From positions 1 through 36,519 of the forward strand of contig JADFXQ010000016.1 of NCBI GenBank assembly GCA_015233495.1: a stretch of DNA of 36,519 nucleotides. The letters are read 5' to 3'. This DNA comes from Candidatus Omnitrophota bacterium (GTDB lineage Bacteria > Omnitrophota > Gorgyraeia > Zapsychrales > Zapsychraceae). Positions 16,780 through 25,490 of the stretch are shown here, piece by piece. The translations under genes and the position numbers were made by a program. Position 1 is the first letter of the stretch, and each line of letters begins with the position of its first letter. The notes under the pieces were generated by a model. The model worked only from the letters and a program-made list of their open reading frames with translations. It was not told the DNA's origin and did no database searches.

Positions 16780-18816
16780 TTACGCTAACCGAGTCTGGCA
16801 AACTTGAAGAACCGAGTAAACTGAAACGTGGTTTAAATCTGCCGGGATGAAATTTTTCGCTTTTTTGAAATCGCTGTGCGCGTCCGGCGCCGGGCTGATT
16901 ACGCTGGAATAGGCGTGAAACGGCCGCCAGCGTTCGGGGTTAATTCCAGGCTGATTGCGGGTGAATATGGAAACCACTGGCGTGCCTATGGCATCGGCAA
17001 TATGCACCGGGCCGGAATCATTGGAAACCAGCATACGGCAGTGTTTTAAAACAGCAGTCAATTGCCGTAGATTGGTTTGTCCGGTCAAATCCAAAATCCG
17101 CGGCCATTTTTGACCAAACCGCTCCAGGATATACGCGGCGGAAGCCGAAGCCCGGCCGGATCCGACAATCAGAAAATCCGCGCCGGTTTCCCGGGCTAAA
17201 CCATCGATCAATTTGACAAAATTCTCAATCGGCCAGCATTTGGCGGGATCGCTGGCATCGGGGTGGATCGCGATCAGCCTGTCTGGGGTCAAATGTTTCT
17301 GCCGCAGAATAGCCTGCGCCCATTCTTCCCCATCGGACTGAATCGGCACGAAGGTTTCCGGTTCACTGATCTGCAAACCCAAATGCCGCAAAATATCCAA
17401 ACAATATTCTGTCTCGTGTTTCTTACCCAGATAACGTTCATCCTTGACCGGGTCATTTAAGAGGAAGCCCCATTTGCGATCACGAAACCCAACGCGGCGC
17501 GGGATGCCGGCCAAACATCCCAAGGCATTGGTGCGGCGTTTGGTGTGATAAACCAGGGCCAAGTCGAATTTCCGGGAGCGAATTTGCCGAATCAATTTAA
17601 TGAAACCGAAAAATCCTTGGTGTTCGTTTTTACGATCATCCACCATGACCGCGTCGATATCGGGATTTCCGGCAACCAAGTCTTTTGTCTGGGCGGACAA
17701 CAACGCGGTGATTTTCGCGCCCGGGAAATTCTCGCGTAAAATTTTGAACACGGGCGTAGTCAACACCACATCGCCGATGCGGTCGGTGCGGATGATAAGG
17801 ATATTTTTATAAGCGTTACTGCCTGCAACATAGTTTTGTGTCGGAGCGCCCACTAGGGGCGCCCCGACAAAGGAGAATACATCTTCTACCTTGATCGCTT
17901 CCATGCAGGAATGCTTCTCCTCCAGCTTCGCGTCAGCGCACTTGCGGCAATTTTCATTGCGTCGGATCGCCGCTCCGTCCTTGCCCCAAGGGCCGTATTG
18001 ATCCGGTGATTTTGGGCCGAACAATCCGATCAGCGGAATGTTAAAATAGCTAGCGATATGCAAGGGGCCGCTGTCATTCCCGACGACAAATTTGGCATTT
18101 TGAATAACGGCCGCCAATTGCCGCAGAGTGGTTTGGCCGCATAAATTGACATAGGTCGCTTTTTTTAACGACTGACACGCGGCATCCACAACCGCTTTAT
18201 CCGTTGATTCTCCGATAAAAACCGTTTTCACGCCGGTAGTTTCATAAATCCGCCCGGCCAAGAAACCGAAATTTTTCGCCGGCCATTGTTTTTCCGCGCT
18301 GGCCGCACCCGGAGCCATCACGCAATATTGTTCCGCCGCGTTCAACAATCCCCAGAGGAGAATTGCAATAAAATTTTGATCCTCTTCGGATATCCAGAGG
18401 GCAACCCTGGGCGGTGTTCCGTTGGAAAACGGATGAACCTTTCGCAAGCGGGCCAAATGTTTATCCAGCATATGGCCGGAGAATTTCCGGCCAAACACCA
18501 CCGGTGTACGCCGGCGGCAGGCCAGCAGCAACGGAATCGCGGTACAGCGCAGATCAACCACTAGGTCATAAACATCCCGCCGCAAGCCCATGATCCATTT
18601 CAAGGTTTGCGGCCCGGTCCAATGTTTATCAAACACCATCACGTATCGAAAATACGGATTGCCCTCCAGCAAAGGATAGGCTTTCGGCCCGACCACAACA
18701 TCCAAATCCGCAGACGGAAAATCCCGTTTCAAAATATCAATGACCGGCAAAGTCAAGACCACATCACCGATATTGGACAAGGAAATCACCAAAATTTTTT
18801 TAATTGTCTCTGACAT
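16780..18816 (-). CDS. Tandem GT9-GT9 (double heptosyltransferase-like) fusion protein
   Basis: Two full GT9 units: KILVISLSNIGDVVLT...GNDSGPLHIA...LFGP and NILIIRTDRIGDVVLT...SNDSGPVHIA...SIF; 678 aa. Confidence 0.9.
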   Translation of the reverse strand: MSETIKKILVISLSNIGDVVLTLPVIDILKRDFPSADLDVVVGPKAYPLLEGNPYFRYVMVFDKHWTGPQTLKWIMGLRRDVYDLVVDLRCTAIPLLLACRRRTPVVFGRKFSGHMLDKHLARLRKVHPFSNGTPPRVALWISEEDQNFIAILLWGLLNAAEQYCVMAPGAASAEKQWPAKNFGFLAGRIYETTGVKTVFIGESTDKAVVDAACQSLKKATYVNLCGQTTLRQLAAVIQNAKFVVGNDSGPLHIASYFNIPLIGLFGPKSPDQYGPWGKDGAAIRRNENCRKCADAKLEEKHSCMEAIKVEDVFSFVGAPLVGAPTQNYVAGSNAYKNILIIRTDRIGDVVLTTPVFKILRENFPGAKITALLSAQTKDLVAGNPDIDAVMVDDRKNEHQGFFGFIKLIRQIRSRKFDLALVYHTKRRTNALGCLAGIPRRVGFRDRKWGFLLNDPVKDERYLGKKHETEYCLDILRHLGLQISEPETFVPIQSDGEEWAQAILRQKHLTPDRLIAIHPDASDPAKCWPIENFVKLIDGLARETGADFLIVGSGRASASAAYILERFGQKWPRILDLTGQTNLRQLTAVLKHCRMLVSNDSGPVHIADAIGTPVVSIFTRNQPGINPERWRPFHAYSSVISPAPDAHSDFKKAKNFIPADLNHVSVYSVLQVCQTRLA
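17839..17869. repeat. REP-like palindrome inside the GT9-GT9 linker
   Basis: Minus strand TGTCGGGGCGCCC-CTAGT-GGGCGCTCCGACA: 13-bp stem with one G-U pair, 5-nt loop; reads VGAPLVGAPT in frame. Confidence 0.7.
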
Positions 18817-18856
18817 GAAAGCTGCTCTTATTTATATTGATAAATAATCAAAAATA

Positions 18857-18907
18857 ATTATAATTTAAATTAACAATTTGACAACCCTGACTCAGCCATG
18901 CTAAATT
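18857..18907. promoter_or_regulatory. Candidate overlapping divergent promoters
   Basis: Plus: TTGACA (18878-18883), 18 bp, TGcTAAATT (to 18907). Minus: TTGTCA (18884-18879), 16 bp, TATAAT (18862-18857). Very AT-rich context. Confidence 0.5.
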
Positions 18908-18922
18908 AATGAAAAGATTTTT

Positions 18923-19198
18923 ATGACAGTAATCGCTATTCCACAATCTCTTAGGTCAAAACTCGGAGATGACGCGATCCAGGATCTTATTCGTCTCCTT
19001 GACACAATCGAAACCGGATCACAAGCCATGACCGTGCAAACCGTTGAAAACAAATTCGAAAAACGGCTCATTGAAGAAACCGAAAAACTCCGCGTTGAGT
19101 TCCATGGATTACGAGCCGATATCGTCCGCTGGATGTTTTTATTTTGGATCGGACAATTTGCCGGCGTGGCCGGTCTCTTATCCTGGTTTAAACATTAA
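18923..19198 (+). CDS. Small coiled-coil protein with C-terminal membrane helix (DUF1640/CCDC90-like, LA_3696-like)
   Basis: IPQSLRSKLGDDA...KFEKRLIEETEKLR...LRADIVRWMFLFWIGQ; fills the gap between two minus-strand genes; has its own promoter-like sequence. Confidence 0.8.
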   Translation: MTVIAIPQSLRSKLGDDAIQDLIRLLDTIETGSQAMTVQTVENKFEKRLIEETEKLRVEFHGLRADIVRWMFLFWIGQFAGVAGLLSWFKH

Positions 19199-20216
19199 TC
19201 GATTCTTTCAATAAACTACTAACCGCTTCCCAGACACTTCCGACTTTAACCGCCTGCATACATTCATTATCCCGGCAGTCCAAACGATAACAAGACTGCT
19301 GATTACACGGCACTGATTCCCTCAATATGATTTTCCGTCCCCAGCCGGCCGGGCCGGTAATTTCCGGGACCGTGGGGCCAAAAATTCCGACTACTGCCGT
19401 GCCTACCGCGTTAGCTATGTGGATCGGGCCGGAATCATTCGATACCACCACAGCCGCGGCCTCCATCAGCGCGATCAATTCTTTTAAATTTAATTCCCCG
19501 GCAAAACTAACCGGCCGAACCGGCAAATTTTTAACCACACCTTCGACAAGCGGCCGATCCTTGTCCGCCCCGGAAACAATCACTCTAACCCCGGGAACTG
19601 CCATCAGCCTTTTGATCAATTCCGTAAAATTGTCTGCCGGCCAGCGTTTGAGGTCCCAATTGCCGCCGCAGTTGACAATTACAATTTTATCTTTATCCGT
19701 CACCCCGCGCTGCACCAATTTTTTCCGGATTGATGCGCGGGATTCTTCCCCGACTAAAAGACGATTAGTCCGGTCACTCACCCGTATCCCGAAGTTTTCA
19801 ATCACCTTTAAATAAAAATCACCGCGATGCAGATTCCCGGCGGGAACCGGATAGCGATGGGTCAAAAATATTCCCCGATTTTTTGTGTCGTATCCAACCC
19901 GTACGGGAATCCCCGCGAAAAACGGCAATAAAGCACGGGTCAAAGAACGGTGCAAAATAAACGCAGCGTCAAATTTTTCCTGCCGTAATCGCCAGATCAA
20001 CTGTAATTTTGCGGATAAACTTTTATGCGCGCCTTTTTCATCATAAACGATAACGTTATCAACGCCCGGAACACATTCCAAAATTTCTTGGACCCGGGAC
20101 GGCGCTAAACAGGTAAGCCGAGCTTGCGGATATTGCGTTTTCAACGCTGGAAAAATCGGCGAGGAAAAAATCACATCCCCCAGCCAATTGACGTTGATGA
20201 CTAAAATGTTTTGCAT
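19188..20216 (-). CDS. waaF: LPS heptosyltransferase II-like (GT9)
   Basis: NILVINVNWLGDVIFS, KRWPAD, SNDSGPIHIANAVG, GIFGPT, C-terminal Cys cluster. Confidence 0.85.
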   Translation of the reverse strand: MQNILVINVNWLGDVIFSSPIFPALKTQYPQARLTCLAPSRVQEILECVPGVDNVIVYDEKGAHKSLSAKLQLIWRLRQEKFDAAFILHRSLTRALLPFFAGIPVRVGYDTKNRGIFLTHRYPVPAGNLHRGDFYLKVIENFGIRVSDRTNRLLVGEESRASIRKKLVQRGVTDKDKIVIVNCGGNWDLKRWPADNFTELIKRLMAVPGVRVIVSGADKDRPLVEGVVKNLPVRPVSFAGELNLKELIALMEAAAVVVSNDSGPIHIANAVGTAVVGIFGPTVPEITGPAGWGRKIILRESVPCNQQSCYRLDCRDNECMQAVKVGSVWEAVSSLLKESINV

Positions 20217-21301
20217 AACCTCCGATACACCCCTTCCACCTTCTCCACCATCTCCTGATCCGAATATTCTCTTAACGCTTTTTCGCGGGCTGCCGCGCCC
20301 AGAGACCGCGCCAGATCTCGATCTTTTAATAAAAGCAATAAGGCCTGCGCCAAAGTTTGGGGGTTTTCTTTCGGGACTAAAATACCGGTTTGCCCGTCTT
20401 CAATCAAATCCACAATTCCGCCGACCGCCGCGGCGACCACTGGCAGCCCGGCGGCTTGCGCGTCCATCAGGGACAGGCCTAAACCTTCTTCCCGGGACGG
20501 CATGACAAAAATATCCAAGCCAAACAACGTTTGGGCCATGTCGCCTGCGTCCCGTTTAAAAATAACCTGGCTGCTCAATTTCTTTTTTTCTGCCTGTTGC
20601 TTCAAATCGCTTTCCGTCTTTCCTTCGCCAAACAAGATCAGCCGGCACGTCGGAAACTCCTTAACCACCAGACTCATTGCGTCGATTAAAATATCCTGTC
20701 CTTTAACCGAGGAAAGCCGCGCCACCATGCCGATGACAGGTTCTGTGCCTACTCCCCAATGATGGCGGATCTTATCTCGTTGTCCTTTGTCACCCGCCAA
20801 AAAAGGGTTTAAATCAATCCCCGATCGAATCAGACAAATCTTGCGCTGCGGGACCCGAAAATCTTTGCATAAATGCGCGTGGACCGCGGAACTGATCGCG
20901 ATGGCCGCATCGCCCCAAGCCGGGACGAGTTTCCGGCCGAAGCGGGCTTTAAAAAAACCATGACAGGTAGTCACGCTCGGCCGGCCAGTTAAATGTTTTA
21001 ACATCAAAGCCAGGACTTGGGTTACCCGGGTCTGCGAATGAATGACATCAATTTTGTGCTTTTTTAAATAGCGGCATAAAGACGGCAGAGATAGAAAAAT
21101 CCGCGGTGATAATTCCGACTTTGTCTGGATATTGATGCGTTTGATTGTCGCGCCGCACGCCTGAAACGCGGCTTCTTTATCGCCGCCCGATGACAAAATA
21201 TATACTTCATGCCCCCGGCCAACCAGCCCGCGGGTCAAGGTCAGAACATAACTGGTAATGCCGCCGGTGTTCATATGCGTGGTTAATAAAAGGATCCTCA
21301 T
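20201..21301 (-). CDS. Glycosyltransferase family 4
   Basis: GGITSYV, VARLSSVKGQ, PSREEGLGLSLMDAQAAGLPVV, DGQTGILVP. Confidence 0.9.
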   Translation of the reverse strand: MRILLLTTHMNTGGITSYVLTLTRGLVGRGHEVYILSSGGDKEAAFQACGATIKRINIQTKSELSPRIFLSLPSLCRYLKKHKIDVIHSQTRVTQVLALMLKHLTGRPSVTTCHGFFKARFGRKLVPAWGDAAIAISSAVHAHLCKDFRVPQRKICLIRSGIDLNPFLAGDKGQRDKIRHHWGVGTEPVIGMVARLSSVKGQDILIDAMSLVVKEFPTCRLILFGEGKTESDLKQQAEKKKLSSQVIFKRDAGDMAQTLFGLDIFVMPSREEGLGLSLMDAQAAGLPVVAAAVGGIVDLIEDGQTGILVPKENPQTLAQALLLLLKDRDLARSLGAAAREKALREYSDQEMVEKVEGVYRRLCKTF

Positions 21302-21356
21302 CGCGAGCCTCCCGATCTGATCGTCTCTGCGTGGATTTTAAAAAGAACAAAATAAC

Positions 21357-23477
21357 TTACTCTGCCTTGTCGACTAAGAGCGACAAAATTTCTTTCAAGA
21401 CTTCTTCCGGAGTTATCGCGGCTAAACACGCCCGCGTATGAATCCGACAATGCGCATTATAACACGGAGCGCATTTTAAATGTTTATCTAAAATCTTTAG
21501 ATTACACCCCGGTGGAACATGCCTTCGGGAATCGGTTGGGCCGAATAAAGCTATACAAGGAGTCCGCAGTGCCGCGGCGATATGCAAAGGGGCGGAATCC
21601 GGCGTCACAAACACATTGCAGCGTTTGATCAAAGCCGCCAATTGCATGACGTCGGTTTTTCCGGTCAAATTCGCGGGTTTCGCCCGCGTGATCTGCAAAA
21701 GCTGAAAAGCGCGCAGTTTATCTTTTTCTGTGCCGGTGATCACGACCCGGATATTTTTCGCGGATAAAAGATCACAAAGCCGGGCTATTGATTCAATCGG
21801 CCAATTTTTGGTCTCCCATTTTTCCGAAGCCGCCACATTGATCCCTACGACACGTCGACAATTGCCCAGCCATTCCGCGTCTAACAAATCCTCAATATAA
21901 CGCTGGTCTTTCGCGGAAGGCCACAATTCCAATTCTTCCTGTTCCGACGGCGAAATCCCCATCTTTTTCAAAATTTCAAATTGATGCAAAACCGCGGGCA
22001 AGGGTGTCGGGTTTTTTTTCAAGCCATGGTTCAATAAAAATCCCCATTTTCCATTGTCATACCCATAACGCTGCTGGGACAAGGTTAAAAAAGCCAACAA
22101 ATGGGTGCTCCGGTTATTTTGAAAATCAATGACTTGATCAAAACGCAGATGGCGCAAATACCGAGCCAGCCGCAAAAATGCCGGCAAACCTTTGTCTTTA
22201 TAAGAACGGTCATAGACAATCAATTCATCCACATACGGACAATTCTGCAAAATAGGACGCGCTTCTTTTCCTACCAGACAATAGATTTTCGCCTGCGGAT
22301 AGTGCCGACGAATCAACCGCAAAGACGCGGTGATCAAAACCACATCTCCCAAAGAACTGATTTTGATCACTAAAAGGTTAAGCGCATCTAAAAGCTCCTG
22401 ATAAACCGCCAAAGTCCGCTTTGCCATATGCTCAATCGTGTATTGTTCCCGAATTTTCTTCTGGGCCGCCTGCGTCAGTTGCCGTCCTAAAGCCCGGTCA
22501 TGATAAAGACGGAGCACGGCTTTCGCGATCGCGTCGGAGTCTTTCGACGGCACCAAAAGGCCGGTTTTGTCAGCCTCGATAATATCCACAACTCCGCCGA
22601 CATTAGTCGCTACCACCGGCACTCCCGCGGCTTGGGCTTCAATAATGACCCGGCCAAATGATTCCGGGGTTACCGAAGCAAAAACCAAGACGTCGGTTTT
22701 GCCTAATAGCTCCGGAATATCGGCACGACTGCCTAAAAATTCCACGGCCGGGTTTAGACCCAATTGCCGGGCCAGAACCTCAAGTTCCCGCCTATATGAT
22801 TGTTTGTCCGCCGGCGCGTCCCCCACGATCCAAACCTTCAAATACGGCATCTGCCGGATAACCTTAGCCATCGCGCGGATAAAATATATGTGCCCTTTCA
22901 GAGGCGTAATCCGGCCAATAATCGTGACCACAAAATCTTTTTGCGTTTTTTCTTCGCGGCGAACCCGCTCTTGTGCCACAGCGGCAAACCTTTCCACATC
23001 CACACTGCGGGGAATTTTCCTTATGCCATGCGCCGGAACTTTGTATTCCTGGACCATATAACGGCCAATCGCCTCGCTGGGCACAATAACCAATTTCCCC
23101 CATCCCATAATTTGGCTGAACCAAGGCGTTTTATAATACCCGTGGCACGTCGTAATGAATTGGGCATTCGTGCCGCGGCAAGCGAAAAACGCGATCCAGG
23201 CTGGAACGCGGGACCGGGCGTGAACTATATCAATTTTCTCGCTCAAAATGATCTGCCGCACCCGCCGGATCATCGCCAATATAGTGAATAAAGATTTTTC
23301 ATGAACCGGCAGGGAAAAATGTTTCGACCCGTTCAATTCCAAATCCACAACTAAACGGCCGCCGTTCGAAATCACGACGGATTTATGCCCGTGTTGAGTT
23401 AAATATTTGGCGAAATCCACTGTGCCGGTTTCAACCCCGCCGACATTTAATTCTGGGAGTACCTGAAGAATGTTCAT
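21357..23477 (-). CDS. GT4-GT9 fusion glycosyltransferase
   Basis: N-half GT4 (GGVETGT, HARSRVPAW, GRITPLKG, ESFGRVIIEAQAAG); C-half GT9 (LLVIKISSLGDVV, TKNWP, DSAPLHIAAA, LFGPT); 706 aa. Confidence 0.9.
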   Translation of the reverse strand: MNILQVLPELNVGGVETGTVDFAKYLTQHGHKSVVISNGGRLVVDLELNGSKHFSLPVHEKSLFTILAMIRRVRQIILSEKIDIVHARSRVPAWIAFFACRGTNAQFITTCHGYYKTPWFSQIMGWGKLVIVPSEAIGRYMVQEYKVPAHGIRKIPRSVDVERFAAVAQERVRREEKTQKDFVVTIIGRITPLKGHIYFIRAMAKVIRQMPYLKVWIVGDAPADKQSYRRELEVLARQLGLNPAVEFLGSRADIPELLGKTDVLVFASVTPESFGRVIIEAQAAGVPVVATNVGGVVDIIEADKTGLLVPSKDSDAIAKAVLRLYHDRALGRQLTQAAQKKIREQYTIEHMAKRTLAVYQELLDALNLLVIKISSLGDVVLITASLRLIRRHYPQAKIYCLVGKEARPILQNCPYVDELIVYDRSYKDKGLPAFLRLARYLRHLRFDQVIDFQNNRSTHLLAFLTLSQQRYGYDNGKWGFLLNHGLKKNPTPLPAVLHQFEILKKMGISPSEQEELELWPSAKDQRYIEDLLDAEWLGNCRRVVGINVAASEKWETKNWPIESIARLCDLLSAKNIRVVITGTEKDKLRAFQLLQITRAKPANLTGKTDVMQLAALIKRCNVFVTPDSAPLHIAAALRTPCIALFGPTDSRRHVPPGCNLKILDKHLKCAPCYNAHCRIHTRACLAAITPEEVLKEILSLLVDKAE

Positions 23478-23519
23478 AATCTCTATTCCAATAAGCGACT
23501 AATCCGGAAAACGAATTTC

Positions 23520-25490
23520 CTATACCACCCGCTCCACGCCTTCAGCAATGATCTCTTGATCGTGTAAACGCTGCAATACAATTTTGTGGTTAATCACATC
23601 CTCCACGGCTTGGCAAATTAAGGAGCAATCAGTCTCGAGAATATATCCTTGGTTGCGCAGTGCATCCATCACCTTTTTATGTTTATTCCGGAAAGCAAAA
23701 ATCCCTGGGCGAATTTTCGGAGCAAACACAATGGCGGGCTTCCCAGAACTGGCGGCTTCCGAGATCATGGAAATACTGTCGCCGGAAACGATGACGATAT
23801 CCGCTATGCCTAAAATGCCGCCCACAGCATGCGGCACATCATCTTGATTTGGTAAAATCAATACCGGACAAATCCCCGCGCCTGACAACTCGCTTGCCAC
23901 ATACCGATCAATCTCCTGAGGAGTCCGGCGTGAAGTTGTGACCAATATCCGGGCGCCGCGCTTTTGACAGACATCTTTCAGCTGCTGTACCAGCTCGCGG
24001 ATCTGCGCCAAGTCAAGATAAACCTGGGCCGAATCTCCTCCGATAAAAACCCCGACTTTGCAACCCGGCATATCCTGCAACTGGGGATATTGCGGGAGAA
24101 AATGTTCGGTTTCTTCCTTTAGATAGTCTGCCGAAATTAAATTGGGCGCGGCTTTAGTCCAAATCACATTCTTGCGGTCTACCCAGCCTTTCGGCCGATC
24201 ATGCTCCGGAAGAATCACCAGCTCAAAGTTATTCCAAGACAAAAGTCCGGGCTTCAAGACAACCATACTGCGCGCCGTATGGTCTAAAGATAACAGATAA
24301 TTTACCGTCGCTACCGAAGACCCGGTGGAAATAATAAAATCCGCTTTCACGGCAGTGATGGCTTTAAAACAGTCCGGTGATAAAATCCATTTTAAATATT
24401 GCAGCCGCCCCTGACAAACCACCGGATGCAAAAAAATACTGACCCAAGAAAACAAACGCCCTGCCAGCGGACTGCGAAATTCCACCCGGATGATTCGGAC
24501 CGACCCGGCAATCTTCCTCCGCAATAATGCCTGCTGCGTCAAGAACGCTACCGTTTGAGATTGCCGCAAATGTCCAGTTTTACCGTCAGAAAAAACCGCG
24601 ATATGCGCTTGATCGGAATATTTCCAGATTTTGTAAAACCACATATACTCCGAAGGATAACGGGAAACGTAACGCTCCAGTAACGGCATAACTTTTAATA
24701 AATTATGACGCACATCCGCAGCTTCATCGCCCGTTTGCGTCAAATCCAACGCCGGATGAATAATCATCCGGTGTCTACCTTGTTTTCCGGTTTGACGGAT
24801 CATGACCGCGAAGCAAACCGGCACGCCCATTTTAAGCGCCAAACGCATCGCGCCAACCGACATCGCTGCTGGACGGCCTAAAAAAGGAATCAATTCACCG
24901 TCCCTTCCCCCCTGATCCATGACCATGCCAACGACCTTATTATCTTTCAAACTTTTAATCATATCCCGCGTGCCCCCGCCCCGGGTCAAAACCACTGAGC
25001 CGCCGCAAGTGCGGTAGGAATTCAGTAGTTCATCCAAACGAGAATTGCGTTCCTGATTTCGCACAAACATCCGGTACGGCAGCCCCATCAAAGAACACGC
25101 GGCGCTGGCCATTTCCCAACTACCGAAATGTCCCGCTAATAAAATACATCCTTTGCCTTGCTTTAACGCCTGCGTAACGTGTTCTTTCCCATCAACTTTA
25201 ACCAAACGCTCAAAAGCGGCCTGATTTAAAAGCGGCAGGCGTAAAAGCTCCACAATATTTTGCCCGTAATTATAAAATACTTTTTTAGTGATCCGCTGCA
25301 ATTCCCGCAGCGACCGGTTCGTTGAAAACGCGATTTTCAAATTCGCGTAAACTAACGCGCGGTGCCGCACATCAAACAAATAGACAAACCATCCTGCCGC
25401 GCGTCCCAGGCTAAGCGCCAATCGCAACGGCAGAAGCCGAACCAGCCAACCGCTGAATTTAACGAGATAATACAACCCGAAGTCGTTCAA
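23520..25490 (-). CDS. Lipid A late acyltransferase (LpxL/HtrB family) fused to an ELM1/GtrOC1-like putative glycosyltransferase
   Basis: N-half GHFGSWE, MDQGG, FLGRPA, YPSEYMWFYKIWK; C-half SDGKTGHLRQS, LPEHD, TTSRRTP, VSGDSISMISEAASSGKP. TTG start with AGGAGG upstream. Confidence 0.85.
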   Translation of the reverse strand: MNDFGLYYLVKFSGWLVRLLPLRLALSLGRAAGWFVYLFDVRHRALVYANLKIAFSTNRSLRELQRITKKVFYNYGQNIVELLRLPLLNQAAFERLVKVDGKEHVTQALKQGKGCILLAGHFGSWEMASAACSLMGLPYRMFVRNQERNSRLDELLNSYRTCGGSVVLTRGGGTRDMIKSLKDNKVVGMVMDQGGRDGELIPFLGRPAAMSVGAMRLALKMGVPVCFAVMIRQTGKQGRHRMIIHPALDLTQTGDEAADVRHNLLKVMPLLERYVSRYPSEYMWFYKIWKYSDQAHIAVFSDGKTGHLRQSQTVAFLTQQALLRRKIAGSVRIIRVEFRSPLAGRLFSWVSIFLHPVVCQGRLQYLKWILSPDCFKAITAVKADFIISTGSSVATVNYLLSLDHTARSMVVLKPGLLSWNNFELVILPEHDRPKGWVDRKNVIWTKAAPNLISADYLKEETEHFLPQYPQLQDMPGCKVGVFIGGDSAQVYLDLAQIRELVQQLKDVCQKRGARILVTTSRRTPQEIDRYVASELSGAGICPVLILPNQDDVPHAVGGILGIADIVIVSGDSISMISEAASSGKPAIVFAPKIRPGIFAFRNKHKKVMDALRNQGYILETDCSLICQAVEDVINHKIVLQRLHDQEIIAEGVERVV

